Part shown: in pieces, positions 13,425-25,609 of the stretch
Layout of the letters: every line of letters begins with the position of its first letter
Numbering within the stretch: the first letter of the stretch is position 1
Source of the DNA: Ylistrum balloti
Taxonomy: Eukaryota
Direction: 5' to 3'
Assembly (NCBI RefSeq): GCF_031769215.1
Contig: NW_026782338.1
Span: 62,001-126,000 of the forward strand
Length of the DNA stretch: 64,000 nt
Position numbers and translations under genes: made by a program
Notes under the pieces: generated by a model
Database searches by the model: none
Told to the model about the DNA's origin: nothing
Seen by the model: only the letters and a program-made list of their open reading frames with translations

Positions 13425-13920
13425 CCTGCCAAACAAAGTTGGTAGGGGACATACAAATGGGTTCCATCCTTCCGCCCATCCTTCTGTCCATCCGGATGCA
13501 CTTCCTACATTAATTCCTTGTCCAAGTTCAATTAACCATAAATTGCACATATATTTAATGGTGCTGCTGTGACCTGATTGACTGATTTCTTTAATCACTC
13601 TTTGGGAAATCTTTCTGAATGATCAGATTTTTAGAAAGCTTGCTTTGTAGACTTATTACCTTAATCCTTTGATCAAGTTCGGCAAATTCTATGCATATTT
13701 TATGAGACGTTTGCGACCTGATTGTCTGATATCTTTTGTTACTCTAATTGAACGCTTTCCACATGTTTGAAGGAACAAATTAATTATGATGAGACTTGCT
13801 TAGTAGACTTGTAAGCTAAATCCCATATTCATCTTTGATTATCAGCAAATTTTGTGCATATTTCGTGAGGCTGCAGTGACCTGATTGGCTGATATCTTTT
13901 CTGGTTTTCCGTGTTGCTCA
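13425..13920 (+). mobile_element. HINE/MITE-like relic: 5' microsatellite-like head plus three degenerate ~150-bp units
   Basis: Head TTATCACCTGCC..GGTAGGGGACATAC..CCATCCTTCCGCCCATCC; motif GACCTGATTG.CTGAT.TCT at about 13571, 13716 and 13878. Confidence 0.45.
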
Positions 13921-14231
13921 CTTTAAATGTATGTTTTACAAATGAACACGGGCAGGGTATCTTTCTTCTTCCTTATTCATTTATTACTCTATACAGTAAA
14001 TTCTGGAATTTTTAAAGTCGATTTATATTTAGTATTTTTGCAACTGGCAAAGAAAATGAGAATAAGAACTGCAAAAATACAAACTGGAGAAGTCAATCAG
14101 AACACTGCAGGCCCAATGAGCCTCTTCTTCTCTTAGACAGTATAATGAAGAATTTGAGAAATCATCCTGGTCAGTACTAGTTGGGAAGAAGGAATGTACT
14201 TGTACAGGCCAGGAAACTGATATAGCAATAT

Positions 14232-14525
14232 CTCTTGTCTGACTGTTGGAGGTGTACTGATGTCTCCTGTCTGACTGTTGGAGGTGTACTGATGTCTCCT
14301 GTCTGACTGTTGGAGGTGTACCGATGTCTCCTGTCTGACTGTTGGAGGTGTACTGATGTCTCCTGTCTGACTGTTGGAGGTGTACTGATGTCTCCTGTCT
14401 GACTGTTGGAAGTGTACCGGCCTCTCCTGTCTGACTGTTGGAGGTGTACTGATGTCTCCTGTCTGACTGTTGGAGGTGTACCAATGTCTCCTGTCTGACT
14501 GTTGGAGGTGAACTGATGTCTCTTG
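14232..14525. repeat. 32-bp minisatellite (TGTCTGACTGTTGGAGGTGTACTGATGTCTCC), about 9 copies
   Basis: Direct tandem repetition; explains ORF 14029-14550. Confidence 0.95.
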
Positions 14526-14861
14526 TCATTTTTAATAGATTAATATCCACTTGACAGCTTTTTATCTCTCTCCTCTATACTCTGTACCCCATTAGACCCT
14601 GTTCTACCTATCAATTATCTGTACATCCTATCAAGAAATGTAGAAAAGACAAGCAGCGAATGTACCAAAATCATTCGGGTTGACTGTCGAGTTTGGTGAT
14701 GAAATCTTCTAACAGACTATTGCAATACCTGTGGGTAAAAAGTGTATCTTTCTCTTGGCTGACATGTTTTTGCTTTAAAACGAGGCTAAATCTCTCGAAG
14801 AGCTTATCAAGACAGGTCAAGATCAAAACGTGATTATTTCAACTTACCAATTGTAAACTCT

Positions 14862-15265
14862 ATATTTCTGGATAGCAACACGCCAGCACCCCTACCTTTT
14901 ATTTCTGGATAGCAACATGCCAGCATCCCTACTTTTTATTTCTAGATAGCAACACGCCAGCATCCCTACATTTTATTTCTGTATAGCAACACGCCTACAT
15001 CCCTAATTTTTATTTCTGTGTAGCAACACTCCTGTATTCCTACTTTTTATTTCTAGATAGCAACACGCCAGCATCCGAATTTTTATTTCTGGATAGCAAC
15101 ACGCCAGCATCCCTACCTTTTATTTCTGGATAGCAACATGCCAGCATCCCTATTTTTTATTTCTGAATAGCAACACGCCAGCATCCCTACTTTTTATTTC
15201 TAGATAGCAACACGCCTACATCCCTAATTTTTATTTCTGTGTAGCAACACTCCTGTATTCCTACT
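14862..15265. repeat. ~37-bp minisatellite (ATTTCTGGATAGCAACACGCCAGCATCCCTACTTTTT), about 11 copies
   Basis: Direct tandem repetition with a duplicated block of variant units. Confidence 0.93.
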
Positions 15266-16699
15266 TAATGGTGTTTACATATTGCAGTTAAGTTACGGTA
15301 GTTGCTGTCTCCAATTTTTTAACTGTTTGACATGTAGATTTAAGGGTAATGTCGCGCAAGTGTTAGTATTTAGAAAAAAAATGGTGCCGTAATAGAATGG
15401 ATAAGATCTGTATAATCAAACAGACACCGGGTACGTGTATAACAACAGGCTTGTAAATGAAGTATACATTCAACGAAAGCGTAAGTTAAAAATACATGAA
15501 GAAATAAAACTTCTTTTGTGAAATATGTTTAAATCGAGACTTTGTTGACGTATTGATATATTCTTCTTGTTTTGGAAATTTGCTTCGAAATGAATACATA
15601 CCACCTGTAGGTGTTTTTAGGCATTGCATAAATTCCTTTTGTGTATACACCGGTTTAAATGTGCGCTGTTCAGGAGTCGACTTAAAGTCTGTAATCTGTC
15701 GCCAAAGAATAGTCTCGTAATCATTACACCAGACCAAACAGTAAATTGTGTATACATCAATAAACCAGAAAAAAACCTATACAAGCTAACTATTGACCTA
15801 CCGTACTGAAACGCCACTGTTATCGTATATTTTTTATTCATTTTCTTAATTTTGTCATTCACTTGATTGCGTTTAGTTCAACGTAATGATCTTTGGTAAA
15901 TGGCTTAGCAAAAAAAAAAAAAAGATATATATGACAGTCGATGTGGTCCGGTAGCCGAAGAAGTTAAAAATATCAAATCGTAGATTGGCGATGTTTTTTA
16001 GTTAAAAATATTAATTTACTTTACACGAAAGAAAAACAAATAAATGAATTAATTGATTAATCAATTGACTAAATGATAAATTAATAAATAAATCTACTAA
16101 TGTCAGAATTTAATTTTTGAAAAGCTTAGACATCTAAAGGTTCTGTATCTATCTGTTTATTACCCGACTGGCGACAAATCACAAAGAATTACGTCAGAGC
16201 TCCATATTTGGCCATTCTTATTACAAATCAATTGTTGCTCATAATGTTTTTGGTTTTCGTTAGATAGAAAAAAAAATTACAGAGCCCCCAAGGTTTGATA
16301 ATTAGCTATCCATGTTGTAATAACGACTACCGGAAGATGATGACGTAATAAGATTATATCCCGGTTGAGTAAAAGTAAATGACTATACCAGGGGTGCGTA
16401 TTCTACCCTACGTCTTCATAAAGGTGACAAGGTTTACCACACAGTTTTTTTTTTATTCAAATGAAGAGCAAAGCAACGTGTAACTATAGTAAGACACGTC
16501 TTAATTCATTCCAGGTGCAATGTCTGTATCTTATTTCAATTGTACAAACTATCTTATGTGGTATATCGTATATATTCTTTAGATATATATCAAAATTATT
16601 GAAAGAGTGTTCTGGACTCGCCTGAAAGATTTTATCGTTACATTTATGAAATATCTCATATACGCTATCAACTATCTTATTCAATGTATATTTGCTGTC

Positions 16700-18575
16700 C
16701 CTGCTACTCCTTATACTACAATATCATTATTTCTGAACAAGATGTTAAAGATCAGCATTTTTTATCAAATGTTACGAAACCATTAGGGCCTGATAATCTC
16801 TCTCCAAAAAATCAAAATGCTTGCTCCTTCTATCTCATTACATCTCGCTATACTTTGTAATAAAACCCTTGAAACAGGCATTATACCTTCCAGTTGGAAA
16901 TGTTCTAACGTCACTGCTAGCTACAAAGGAAAGGGGATAGAAAATTATGTAACCAATTACAGACCTATTTCAGTGACCTCATGTTTTAGTAAGATGCTAG
17001 AAAAGATTATATTTAAATATTTTTTCAACCGTCTTTCTTTATCCAAAATTATATCAAAACATCAGTCAGGAGTTATGCCTAGGGATTCAACCATTGATCA
17101 ACTACTTTCCATATATCGCAATATAACTAGTAGTTTAGATGATGATAAAGAGTTGAGATTTGTTTTTTATGATATAAGCAAGGCATTTGAAAGAGTCTAG
17201 CATGAGGGTTTATTATACAAGCTTGAATCTTATGGAACTAAAGGTAACATTTTAAGGTGGTTACAAGATTATTTATCTAATAGAAAACAACGTGTGGTGA
17301 TTGAAGGCTTTGCCTCAACCTTTAAATCTGTTAATGCAGGAGTCCCTCAGGGCTCAGTTATAGGACCTTTGCTCTTTTTACTGTACATAAACGATATCAC
17401 TTACTGGGTTAATAGCTCTATTAAGTGGTTTGCTGATGATACCTCCCTGTTTAAAGCTGTCAATGATAATCCAGTTGAAGTAGCTGAGTCTCTTGGAAAT
17501 GATTTAAATTATATAAAAATTGGGCTAAACAATGGGGTATTCAGTTTAATCCATCTAAAACAGAACCAGTAATATTTACAAGGAAAACCATACCAAACCA
17601 TCCAGATATTTACTTCAACAATCACTGAACTAGTCACAGCCTCTTCCGACCACAAGTATTCAGGTTTAATTACAGTAATGATAGCAAATAGATTTTATGT
17701 ATAAAATATTCTGAGATACAGATAAAATATTCTGAGATTTCTATAAAATTAAATTAGACAGTAATTCCCCTTCAATACTTTCTATATTTCATTTTAGAGT
17801 ATGCTGATGTTGTCTGGGATAACTGTCCAGTCTATGCTAAATCTCTATTAGAATCTATAAAACTTGAGGCTACAAGGTCAATAACTGGGTTACCAGAGGT
17901 ACCTCATATGAAAAACCTTATTCAGAACTGGATTGGATGTCCTTAGATTACACAAAACACAAAATGATCTTAATGTACAAAATCAAAAACAAATAAACAC
18001 CTAAATACTTATCCAGCCTTGTAAAAACAATTTTGAAGAGTCAACGTATCAACTTCGAAAGATCAGAATCTTTAATGAACGTATTTGTCGAACTGTAAGC
18101 TATATGGATAGTTTCTTTCCAAACATGATATTTGAATTTAATAAAAATAAGTAGTAATCTCTTAAATAATATTCACTCTGTATGGCACTTTGAAAAAACT
18201 CTGTCTAGGACAAATCCTCCAGCTTGTAAGAATAACATCATTTTTAGAGAAGGAGGACCAAGACAATTAAATATCATTCTCTGTCAGCTAAGGGATTCAG
18301 CCAGTTCTCTATATCATGATCTACATAAAGACCATCTTTATGAAGACACATCTTGTGCATGTGGTACCCCAACTAAAACAGCTTAACATTTCTTTTTTGA
18401 CTGCCCTAGATATATTAACCCTAGACAAAGTGTATTACAAACTCTAAACAACCATGATTATAACCTCTATGAACTAAACTATGTTCTGCATGGCTGCCCA
18501 ATCTGTACCACCCACATCAATAAATCATTGTTTGATGCTGTAATTAAGTATATTGATGATACAGAAAGGCTTTAA
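16700..18575 (+). mobile_element. Decayed non-LTR retrotransposon (CR1/L2-like) ORF2, reverse transcriptase and C-terminal Cys/His region
   Basis: Fragments GPDN, NYRPISVTSCFSKMLEKII, QSG..PRDST, FYDISKAFERV*HEGL, GVPQGSVIGPLLFLLYIND, FADDT, SCACG..HFFFDCPRY; multiple stops and frameshifts; 5' truncated. Confidence 0.9.
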
Positions 18576-18953
18576 TGTCTGACTAAATATCTACTGAGTT
18601 AAAATTATAGAACAAATCTAAAACCAAGACAAAATGTAATTGGAAAAAATTGATATCCTTCCATAGATATAGTTAATTCAACTTGTATCGATAATGAGAT
18701 GAATGCTGGTTAATAGTTATTTTTCTCCTTTCCCCATTATTATTTGTCCTTTCTGATTTATTCCCAATATTTCAGTTTCATCTTATAATAAGGAGACAAC
18801 TCTGAACAGTTCTTTATCTTGGTGTGAATATCCTTTTTATTTGGAATAATAATTCTTTGACGTAAGAAAAACGTGCTGTATGTGTACTTGTTCCCTGGTG
18901 GGAGAGGGCTAACTTTTATATCATGGACATTCTGGCCCAAACCCTTTAATATA

Positions 18954-20270
18954 TACTCGGCGCCAATGAAAACGCAACACTAAAATTTTGGACATAATAT
19001 ATTCTTCACAACAAGGATTAGATTCTTATTCTGCTGTATTTAGCCACAACACAATGCACTACAAAACTAACGAAATAATGGTCGAGTAATATCAACTCCT
19101 TGTCTTACCACATCATGAGTTTCCACGTCGGCGCTCTAAAGTGCGTTATATCTTTGCTCAGTCACTACTAGTGAACACTATAGTTACAGGCAGATATTTT
19201 TCCGTCATCAATTTTTTAAATTGTCATCATTATTTGCTACAAATGCCTCGACTGACAGACAATGAAAGACACGAAGCTCGGGGTATGCTGGCAGGAGGGC
19301 TTTCTCAGAGGGAAGTTGCCAGGAGAATGGGTTGTTCTGCTTCCACAATCAATCGACTGGCAGAACGAGTGCGACAAACCGGATCCGTGAGAGATCGACC
19401 TCGTCCGGGGCGACAGAGAGTGACGACGCCAAACCAGGACCGTTACATTCGACTAAGTCACCTGCGAGATCGTTTTCAAACCGCGACAAGAACGGCTAGA
19501 CAGACGATAGGAAGTCATGGGGGACGTTTGTCAGCTAGTACTGTGGGCCGTCGCTTTCGCACAGCCGGTTTTTGGACTGCTGTGTAACGGAAACGGATAG
19601 GTGGGGCGGGGGCAGTGTGATGGTGTGGGGAGGTATCTCTTTTGCACCGTACCCCTCTAGTAATTATTGACGGCAATCTAACAGCACAGCGCTACATCAA
19701 CGAGGTCTTCACTCCTGCTGTTGTTCCATTCTTTGTTGGACACCCAAACGTAGCGTTATTACAACAGGACAATGCACGACCACATACCGCTCGTATCACT
19801 ACAGACTACCTTCATCATCAGAACATCGCAACCCTTCCGTGGCCCGCGTTTTCCCCGGATCTTAGTCCGATCGAGCATCTTTGGGACCAATTAGGTAGGG
19901 CTGTGAGAGAGCGACCACAACAGCCCCAGACGCGTCGGCAGCTTGAAATCGCTCTTCAGGAAGAGTGGAGGAATATTCCTCAAATCAAAATTCAGCGCCT
20001 TATTCGGTCAATGCCTCGAAGATGCCGCGCTTGTGTCGCTGCAAATGGTGGCCACATTAGATATTGAACGTGGTAATTTTGATTTTGGGGGTATGGACAT
20101 TAGTCACCGGAAATCAAAGTATTCCCATGATGTAGTGCTGATTGCATTGAGTGAATTTTGTAATGGACATAATCAACTTTTAGATATTTTATTAAATATT
20201 GTATTCAAAACTATAACTGGTAAATTTTGACAGTAATTTAAAGGTGTTGCGTTTTCATTGACGCCGAGTA
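18954..20270 (+). mobile_element. Tc1/mariner DD34E transposon, internally deleted, 1317 bp
   Basis: 27-bp TIRs TACTCGGCG(C/T)CAATGAAAACGCAACAC at 18954-18980 and 20244-20270 (one mismatch); TA duplication on both sides; HTH N-terminus MPRLTDNERHEARGML; QQDNARPH...SPDLSPIE with 34 aa D-to-E spacing. Confidence 0.95.
19243..20067 (+). pseudogene. Tc1 transposase pseudogene
   Basis: ATG at 19243; sequence jumps from RRFRTAGF straight to DCCVTETDRWGGGSVMVWGGIS, so the segment carrying the first catalytic Asp (FSDES) is missing; further frameshift near 19641; stop at 20067. Confidence 0.9.
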
Positions 20271-20414
20271 TAGGAGAGAAAGTATATATAATGCACATTT
20301 AATATCATAAGACATAGTAAACTGAAAAGCTGGTGGATTGCTTGATATCTTCTTATAATCGTAACATTAAAGTATGTCTCCCGTATCTTACAATATATAC
20401 ATTGTTTATCTAGT

Positions 20415-22010
20415 TGTAGAAAGCAGACAAAGATATCTATGTAGCTGTAAAAAGCCGACAAAGCTATATATGTAGCTGTAAAAAGCAGACAAAGCTATAC
20501 ATGTAGCTGTAGAAAGCCGACAAAGCTATATATGTAGCTGTAGAAAGCCGACAAAGCTATATATGTAGCTGTCGAAAGCCGACAAAGCTATACATGTAGC
20601 TGTAGAAAGCCGACAAAGCTATACATGTAGCTGTAGAAAGCCGACAAAGCTATACATGTAGCTGTAGAAAGCCGACAAAGCTATATATGTAGCTGTCGAA
20701 AGCAGACAAAGCTATACATGTAGCTGTAGAAAGCCGACAAAGCTATATATGTAGCTGTAAAAAGCAGACAAAGCTATACATGTAGCTGTAGAAAACCGAC
20801 AAAGCTATATATGTAGCTGTAGAAAGGCGACAAAACTATATATCTTCTTATAATCGTAACATTAAAGTATGTCTCCCATATCTTACAATATATACATTGT
20901 TTATCTAGTTGCAGAAAGGCGACAAAGCTATCTATGTAGCTGTAGAAAGCAGACATAGACAAAGTCATCTATGTAGCTGTAGAAAGCCGACAAAGTCATC
21001 TATGTAGCTGTAGAAAGCAGACATAGACAAAGTCATCTATGTAGCTGTAGAAAGCCGACAAAGCTATACATGTAGCTGTAGAAAGCCGACAAAGTCATTT
21101 ATGTAGCTGTAGAAAGCCGACAAAGTCATCTATGTAGCTGTAGAAAGCCGACAAAGTCATTTATGTAGCTGTAGAAAGCAGACAACGCTATACATGTAGC
21201 TGTAGAAAGCCGACAACGCTATATATGTAGCTGTAGAAAGCCGAAAAAACTACATATGTAGCTGTAGAAAGCAGACAAAGCTATCTATGTAGCTGTAGAA
21301 AGCCGACAAAGCTATCAATGTAGCTGTCGAAAGCCGACAAAACTACATATGTAGCTGTAAAAAGCAGATAAAGCTATCTATGTAGCTGTAAAAAGCAGAC
21401 AAAGCTATACATGTAGCTGTAGAAAGCAGACAACGCTATATATGTAGCTGTAGAAAGCAGACAAAGCTATATATGTAGCTGTAGAAAGCCGACAAAGCTG
21501 TAGAAAGCAGACAAAGCTATCTATGTAGCTGTAAAAAGCAGACAAAGCTATATATGTAGCTGTAGAAAGCCGAAAAAACTACATATGTAGCTGTAGAAAG
21601 CAGACAAAGCTTTCTATGTAGCTGTAAAAAGCCGACAAAACTACATATGTAGCTGTAAAAAGCAGACAAAGCTATCTATGTAGCTGTAAAAAGCCGACAA
21701 AACTACATATGTAGCTGTAGAAAGCAGACAAAGCTATATATGTAGCTGTAAAAAGCAGACAAAGCTATATATGTAGCTGTAAAAAGCAGACAAAGCTATA
21801 CATGTAGCTGTAAAAAGCCGACAAAGCTATATATGTAGCTGTAGAAAGCCGACAAAGCTATATATGTAGCTGTAGAAAGCCGACAAAGCTATATATGTAG
21901 CTGTAGAAAGCAGACAAAGCTATATATGTAGCTGTAGAAAGCCGACAAAGCTATCTATGTAGCTGTAAAAAGCAGACAAAGCTATCAATGTAGCTGTAGA
22001 ATGCAGAAAA
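20415..22010. repeat. 31-bp satellite (ATGTAGCTGTAGAAAGCCGACAAAGCTATAT), about 50 copies
   Basis: Direct tandem repetition, period 31; interrupted by a duplicated unique 70-bp segment at about 20841-20911. Confidence 0.97.
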
Positions 22011-22869
22011 ATAAAGTTTGACGATCAGCGCTCCCTGTACAATGAAGAAATTATAGACCAGGTGAATAGGCAGTCGCCTTTATTGTGTATAGAGGAGCCC
22101 CGTTCTATTGTAGAGATATTCATTGTGTATAATACCTTACTAGCTTTCGATACCTACACTCGGACAATACCAAATAAGCTACAAGGTATTACTCGACATA
22201 AGTATTGTACCGATCGTTATGCTGTTTTCAATGAGGATTACACATGGTTTAACAGACGAACCCGTTAAAATACAAGTTGATCATATTTCTTCGGTGTAAA
22301 AAAAAAACTGATCGTGGAATTATTTAAACATAGCGTGCTTGTCGGTTTACCAGGTGAATCAAATACTTAGGAAAGAGGAAGTCGACTTTTAATCGAGAAA
22401 GACCGCAAGTTGTATTTTAAAAGCCCGTATTCTAAAACACATAGTGAAATATTGTGTTACGAAATTGGGATGTAAAAGTGAATTGGGCTCCACGCTGTTT
22501 GAGGGGTTTGAAATGGTTTCCATCTTGGATTAAAACATTTCAAACACGATTTGTGAGGATATTAATGTGAACGATTCGCCATTGTTAGACGGATCTGTCT
22601 CCAGGGTTTGGTTTGAAGCTTTGGAATTATCTGTAGGATTACATCTTTAACAGACGCCAGTCTCCTGAATATTAAATATCATTTTATTTTCATTGATATG
22701 CATAAATTTAATCCGAATATATATTGTCGCATTCGGAAATCAAGACATATAGGGTTTTCGATTCATCAGAGAAGACCGAACGTGCAGTGTTGCAGTGAAC
22801 GTGTAGTGTTGCAGGGATGATGTTGATTTTTGTTGTCTTTTAATTCATTTCTTACTAAACCAAATTCAA

Positions 22870-23784
22870 ATGGATCCGGGTAAAAAAGGAAAAGTCAAAC
22901 TAACTGACCAGAAAGCTAAGAAAAAAACAAAATTACCTAATGAAAGAAGAAATTCAGTCAAATTAGTTTCTGTCAAGTCGAGTGGGGATAAAAGTGAGGA
23001 CAAACGGACAAATTCGAACGGTACGTCAATTGGCCTATCTGATGATAAAGAAACTGTTGAAATGGTCGGTGATAACTGTACTACAGCTACACATGTTCAT
23101 TTGGACACGACAACAGGTGATCAAAAAGAAATCCTGGGTAGTTCTGACAAGATTATGTCCAGTGGGAAAATATCGGTCAGCACAGAAACGGGTGAACACA
23201 ACGACATCCCAAATAAGAATAACAGCCCAAATTCGGCCAAAGTCATGACGGACGAGACTGGGCGGATCAAAATACCAAAACGAGTACAAAGTGCCACGAG
23301 CGAAGGAAGCAGCACCGACGATGTTGGCGCTGAAATTATCACTTTGAATATAGGAGGATTTAAACACCAGACAAAACTAGAAACCATTTCTCAATTTCCA
23401 AGTACCAGATTAGCTAAATTAGCCGATTCGGCAAGGCTGACTGGAAAACGAGAGTATTTTTTTGACCGCCATCCCACCTTATTTGGGTACATTTTGAATT
23501 TTTACCGAGTAGGGAAATTACATGTGCCTATCAGTCTTTGTGGTCCCCTATTAAGAGAGGAACTTGATTTCTGGGAAATTGACGATAAAGATATAGAACA
23601 ATGCTGTTGGGTTCATTACATCAGTTTCGAAGATACGCTTGAAATGATCGAGAAATTTGAACAGGATGATAAGCGTGCAAAGAACTCTGCACGAAATGTG
23701 GGACCAGACGATCCTTGTTGGTACCGCTACAGGCCCAAAATGTGGAGAGCCTTACAGGACCCTTATTCCTCCAAAGGGGCCACG
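22870..23784 (+). CDS. KCNC/Shaw-like: Shaw/Kv3-family voltage-gated K+ channel, exon 1 (long N-terminus and T1 domain)
   Basis: LNIGG..HQT...EYFFDRHP.LFGYILNFYRVGKLHVPISLCGPLLREELDFWEID...IEQCCW with the intact HX5CX20CC Zn site of non-Shaker T1 domains; donor ACG|gtaagt, phase 0. Confidence 0.92.
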
Positions 23785-24184
23785 GTAAGTCTACCTTAAA
23801 AAACCGTATACGACTGTGTATGGTTAAAACATTTAAGACTGTATGCTATATTAAAAATTATAACCATGATTTTCGTATCAGAGTTATCTCCCTTACCAGA
23901 TATTTACCTGATAAATGTCATTATGCTTTGTGTACTTTTTAAAAGAATTGACATCAATAAACAAACCCAACGTTAAAACAATATTAGTATGAAACTATTT
24001 AATGAAATTCCATTTACATTTTTCATTTGTGAATTCTTATTGAATAGTTGTATTATTTATTACTCATTGGTACTTGGTCGAGAGTAGATCGGGGGAATTT
24101 TTGATGACGAGGACAAGATACGTGTTTTTGTTTTGTCGCGGGTATGCAGCAGATGCACAGTAATAATGTCCTGATGTACTGTCA

Positions 24185-24745
24185 AATCTCAATTTACTGA
24201 CCTTTACATATGTACTGCAATCTCGATATACTGACCTTTACATATGTATTACAATCTCGATATACTGACCTATACACATGTACTGCAATCTCGATATACT
24301 GACCTTTACATATGTACTGCAATCTCGATATACTGACCTTTACATATGTATTACAATCTCGATATACTGACCTTTACATATGTACTGCAATCTCGATATA
24401 CTGACCTTTACATATGTACTGCAATCTCGATATACTGACCTTTACATATGTATTACAATCTCGATATACTGACCTTTACATATGTACTGCAATCTCGATA
24501 TACTGACCTTTACATATGTATTACAATCTCGATATACTGACCTTTACATATGTATTACAATCTCGATATACTGACCTATACACATGTACTGCAATCTCGA
24601 TATACTGACCTTTACACATGTACTGCAATCTCGATATACTGACCTTTACACATGTACTGCAATCTCGATATACTGACCTATACATATGTACTGCAATCTC
24701 GATATACTGACCTTTACATATGTATTACAATCTCGATGCACTGCC
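24185..24745. repeat. 34-bp minisatellite (CAATCTCGATATACTGACCTTTACATATGTACTG), about 16 copies
   Basis: Direct tandem repetition in the Kv intron. Confidence 0.96.
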
Positions 24746-25609
24746 CCTTACTTATGTTCTGCCATATCTGGATATAATGCCTTTCGTCGAAAGCAAGGCA
24801 TTAGAACATAAAATTCAGATACAATGACTCGTTTCATGTTTTGAAGGATTTTGATCAAACTTCGCACAAAGGTCGAACATTACCATGTTGAGTTTGTGTT
24901 TTCTAGTTCCTCAGCCAAGGTCAAGGTTAAGTTCACCGTTACTTTATTTTATAGAAAGCCATCCGCCAATCCATTGTAACAACTCCAAAGACTTTACTTT
25001 TCATATTTTGATAAAACTTTGTACACTGATAGAACAATATTACAAAAAATACCTCGTATGACTTTGTATTTCAAGCTCATCATTACCATTTGCAGAAATT
25101 TATCAAATAATGATATACATTGTGCTAATATATGTTTTAATGTAAGCGGGGCCATTTGAGTCTTACGGATATTCTCGTTTAGTTTTTAAATTGATTTATT
25201 TGCCTTCATTGAAGTACATGGCTGCTTTTTTGTCAAAACGGCACAGAGAGTGACATAATCGGACGGTTTTACTGTGTAGGTACAAGTCGAAAAGGTTAAA
25301 AGGCCAGAAAAATGTTCAGTACAGATATACGAGATTACTACTGGTCCAATAAAACCAACAATATGGTGTTTACATACATGATCCTATTTTATCAAGTACT
25401 GAGTATGTCATTTATAACCATATAAATGTCGATAGGACCAGAAAGTGTCCACCCTAATTCTGTTATGTCAATACAACAAATTATAAAAAACATAAGAAAA
25501 AAATCTATATCCTTAGGGCACACCATTGTTGGCAAAAATTGTGTAACCCGACTTCCAGCTTGAATAGTAAGATCCAAGATATGGGAGGTTTGAAATGATG
25601 GCCCCTCCC

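Noticed and set aside
5823-16684. Many 60-100 aa ORFs between MTMR and the LINE
   Set aside because: AT-rich, no recognisable domains, no consistent splice signals; several come from tandem repeats
19141-19242. Upstream start of the Tc1 ORF in the track
   Set aside because: The transposase homology starts at ATG 19243 (MPRLT)
20415-22010. CRISPR-like appearance of the 31-bp, 33-bp, 34-bp and 46-bp arrays
   Set aside because: Units are head-to-tail with no unique spacers, there are no cas genes, and the DNA is eukaryotic
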